Shown here in pieces: positions 60,923-64,000 of a stretch of 64,000 nucleotides of DNA. The position numbers and the translations under genes are program-made. Position 1 is the stretch's first letter; every line of letters begins with the position of its first letter. Source of the DNA: Eledone cirrhosa (lineage: Eukaryota). The DNA lies in NCBI GenBank assembly GCA_964016885.1, contig CAXHJY010001327.1, forward strand, positions 186,001 to 250,000. Reading direction: 5' to 3'. The notes below the pieces were generated by a model. The model saw nothing but the letters and a program-made list of their open reading frames with translations. It had not been told where the DNA came from and ran no database searches.

Positions 60923-63900
60923 CTAGTAATGACTGTTACAAGGAATATAAAACTAGTAATGAATTGTAATGAAATATAGAACTAGTAATGACTGTTACAA
61001 TGAAATATAGAACTAGTAATGACTGTTACAATGAAATATAGAACTAGTAATGACTGTTACAATGAAATATAGAACTAGTAATGGCTATTACAATGAAATA
61101 TAAAACTAGTAATGACTTATAATGAAATATAGAATTAGTAATGACTGTTACAATGAAATATAAAACTAGTAATGACTGTTACAATGAAATAATGAACTAG
61201 TAATGACTGTTACAATGAAATAATGAACTAGGAATGACTGTTACAATGAAATATAAAACTAGTAATGACTGTTACGATGAAATATAGTACTAGAATTGAC
61301 TGTTACAATGAATATAAAACTAGTAATGACTGTTACCATGAATATAAAACTAGTAATGCCTTTTACAATGAAATATAGTTCTAGTAATGACTGTTACAAT
61401 GAAATATAGTTCTAGTAATGACTGTTACAATGAAATATAGAACTGGTAATGACTGTTACAATGAAATATAAAACTAGTAATGACTGTTACAATGAAATAG
61501 ATAACTAGTAATAACTGTTACAATGAATATAAAACTAGGAATGACTGTTACAATGAAATATAGTTCTAGTAATGACTGTTACAATGAAATATAGTTCTAG
61601 TAATGACTGTTACAATGAATATAAAACTAGTAATGACTGTTATAATGAAATATAGAACTAGTAATGACTGTTTCAAAGAAATATAGAACTAGTAATGACT
61701 GTTACAATGAAATATAGAACTAGTAATGACTGTTACATTGAAATATAAAACTAGTAATGGCTGTTACAATGAAATATAAAACTAGTAATGACTTATAGTG
61801 AAACATAGAATTAGTAATGACTGTTACAATGAAATATAAAACTAGTAATGACTGTTACATGAAATATTGAACTAGTATTGACTGTTACAATGAAATATAA
61901 AACTAGTAATGACTGTTACGATGAACTATAAAACTAGTAATGACTGTTACAATGAATATAAAACTAGTAATGACTGATACCATGAATATAAAACTAGTAA
62001 TGACTTACCATGAATATAAAACTAGTAATGACTGTTACAATGAAATATAGTTCTAGTAATGACTGTTACAATGAAATATAGTTCTAGTAATGACTGTTAC
62101 AATGAAATATAGTTCTAGTAATGACTGTTACAATGAAATATAGAACTGGTAATGACTGTTACAATGAAATATAGAACTAGTATTGACTGCGACAATGAAA
62201 TATAGAACTAGTATTGACTGCGACAATGAAATATAGAATTAGTAATGACTGTCACAATGAAATATAGTTCTAGTAATGACTGTTACAATGAAATATAGAA
62301 CTAGTAATGACTGTTACAATGAAATATAGAACTAGTACTGACTGTTACAATGAAATATAGAACTAGTAATGACTGTTACAATGAAATATAGAATTAGTAA
62401 TGACTGTCACAATGAAATATAAAACTAGTAATGACTGTTACAATGAAATATATAACTAGTAATGACTGTTACATTGAAATATAAAACTAGTAATGACTGT
62501 TATAATAAAATATAGTACTAGTAATGACTGTTACAAGGAATATAAAACTAGTAATGAATTGTAATGAAATATAGAACTAGTAATGACTGTTACAATGAAA
62601 TATAGAACTAGTAATGACTGTTACAATGAAATATAGAACTAGTAATGACTGTTACAATGAAATATAGAACTAGTAATGGCTATTACAATGAAATATAAAA
62701 CTAGTAATGACTTATAATGAAATATAGAATTAGTAATGACTGTTACAATGAAATATAAAACTAGTAATGACTGTTACAATGAAATAATGAACTAGTAATG
62801 ACTGTTACAATGAAATAATGAACTAGGAATGACTGTTACAATGAAATATAAAACTAGTAATGACTGTTACGATGAAATATAGTACTAGAATTGACTGTTA
62901 CAATGAATATAAAACTAGTAATGACTGTTACCATGAATATAAAACTAGTAATGCCTTTTACAATGAAATATAGTTCTAGTAATGACTGTTACAATGAAAT
63001 ATAGTTCTAGTAATGACTGTTACAATGAAATATAGAACTGGTAATGACTGTTACAATGAAATATAAAACTAGTAATGACTGTTACAATGAAATAGATAAC
63101 TAGTAATAACTGTTACAATGAATATAAAACTAGGAATGACTGTTACAATGAAATATAGTTCTAGTAATGACTGTTACAATGAAATATAGTTCTAGTAATG
63201 ACTGTTACAATGAATATAAAACTAGTAATGACTGTTATAATGAAATATAGAACTAGTAATGACTGTTTCAAAGAAATATAGAACTAGTAATGACTGTTAC
63301 AATGAAATATAGAACTAGTAATGACTGTTACATTGAAATATAAAACTAGTAATGGCTGTTACAATGAAATATAGAACTAGTAATGACTGTTACAATGAAA
63401 TATAAAACTAGTAATGACTTATAGTGAAACATAGAATTAGTAATGACTGTTACAATGAAATATAAAACTAGTAATGACTGTTACATGAAATATTGAACTA
63501 GTATTGACTGTTACAATGAAATATAAAACTAGTAATGACTGTTACGATGAACTATAAAACTAGTAATGACTGTTACAATGAATATAAAACTAGTAATGAC
63601 TGATACCATGAATATAAAACTAGTAATGACTTACCATGAATATAAAACTAGTAATGACTGTTACAATGAAATATAGTTCTAGTAATGACTGTTACAATGA
63701 AATATAGTTCTAGTAATGACTGTTACAATGAAATATAGTTCTAGTAATGACTGTTACAATGAAATATAGAACTGGTAATGACTGTTACAATGAAATATAG
63801 AACTAGTATTGACTGCGACAATGAAATATAGAACTAGTATTGACTGCGACAATGAAATATAGAATTAGTAATGACTGTCACAATGAAATATAGTTCTAGT

Positions 63901-64000
63901 AATGACTGTTACAATGAAATATAGAACTAGTAATGACTGTTACAATGAAATATAGAACTAGTACTGACTGTTACAATGAAATATAGAACTAGTAATGACT
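60923..64000 (+). repeat. Second occurrence of the 1,595/1,626-bp tandem duplication, truncated by the window edge
   Basis: ttatagtgaaac at 61793/63419, the same pattern as 50291-53511 shifted by 10,632. Confidence 0.85.

Larger units (their letters stand above)
1..64000 (+). repeat. Satellite DNA array, 30/31-bp monomer ACTAGTAATGACTGTTACAATGAAATATA(G/A)A, head-to-tail, extending beyond both window edges
   Basis: Every line consists of this monomer or a variant differing by 1-3 nt. The three main classes end in GAAATATAGA (31 bp), GAAATATAAA (31 bp) and GAATATAAA (30 bp). Most monomers carry one SpeI site (ACTAGT). No unique sequence or inverted monomer was seen. Confidence 0.99.
43807..64000 (+). 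repeat. Large near-identical tandem duplication, unit ~10.45-10.63 kb (copy 1 ~43807-54256; copy 2 from ~54257 past the window end)
   Basis: aaatct 43940/54390 (10,450). tagaacgagt 44767/55401 and 46821/57455 (10,634). attactgtt 48061/58693, gacttccaat 50241/60873, and ttatagtgaaac 51161/61793 and 52787/63419 (10,632). Confidence 0.92.

Noticed and set aside
1-64000. CRISPR array: 30-31 bp repeat whose rotated form ends in AATGAAAT/ATTGAAAT, superficially like some type I-B/III repeats
   Set aside because: Monomers abut directly with no unique spacers, there is no leader or cas gene, and the variation consists of point changes organised in duplicated blocks, as in satellite DNA.
1-64000. Giant repetitive protein gene read by frameshifting or an alternative genetic code
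   Set aside because: Irregular mixing of 25-, 29-, 30-, 31- and 39-bp monomers shifts frame constantly, TAG, TAA and TGA all occur in nearly every monomer, and indels show no frame-preserving bias.
1-64000. TATAAA boxes, TGACT (AP-1-like) and ATTACAA (C/EBP-like) motifs as regulatory sites
   Set aside because: These short motifs are expected in an AT-rich monomer. There is no associated gene or independent evidence of function.
1-64000. Telomeric repeat or plasmid iteron array
   Set aside because: There is no G-rich telomere-like strand, and copying of variant blocks over kilobases indicates recombinational amplification rather than telomerase synthesis. The array is far too long for iterons and has no rep gene.
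1-64000. Embedded transposon, inversion or unique island
   Set aside because: No non-satellite sequence, terminal repeats or reverse-orientation monomers (e.g. CATTGTAACAGTCATTAC) were seen on reading through the window.

Overview
The whole 64-kb window is one uninterrupted, single-orientation, AT-rich (~25% GC) satellite DNA array. Its monomer is 31 bp (consensus ACTAGTAATGACTGTTACAATGAAATATA[G/A]A), with a common 30-bp form (ACTAGTAATGACTGTTACAATGAATATAAA), giving roughly 2,080 monomers. I see no credible gene, RNA gene, transposon or CRISPR spacer, and the listed ORFs are by-products of runs of 30-bp monomers. The information lies in the order of monomer variants. Tracking rare variants by eye shows nested duplications with offsets of about 62, 309, 921, 1,595, 2,054, 2,637, 4,967, 10,632, 11,253 and ~29,000 bp. 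Several recurrent variants look like quasi-palindrome template-switch products, and a few junctions are out of register or carry an extra monomer. An array of this size suggests eukaryotic heterochromatic or possibly (peri)centromeric satellite, but I cannot name the family or organism. Offsets were counted by hand from marker variants, and block boundaries are approximate (about +/- 1-3 monomers).
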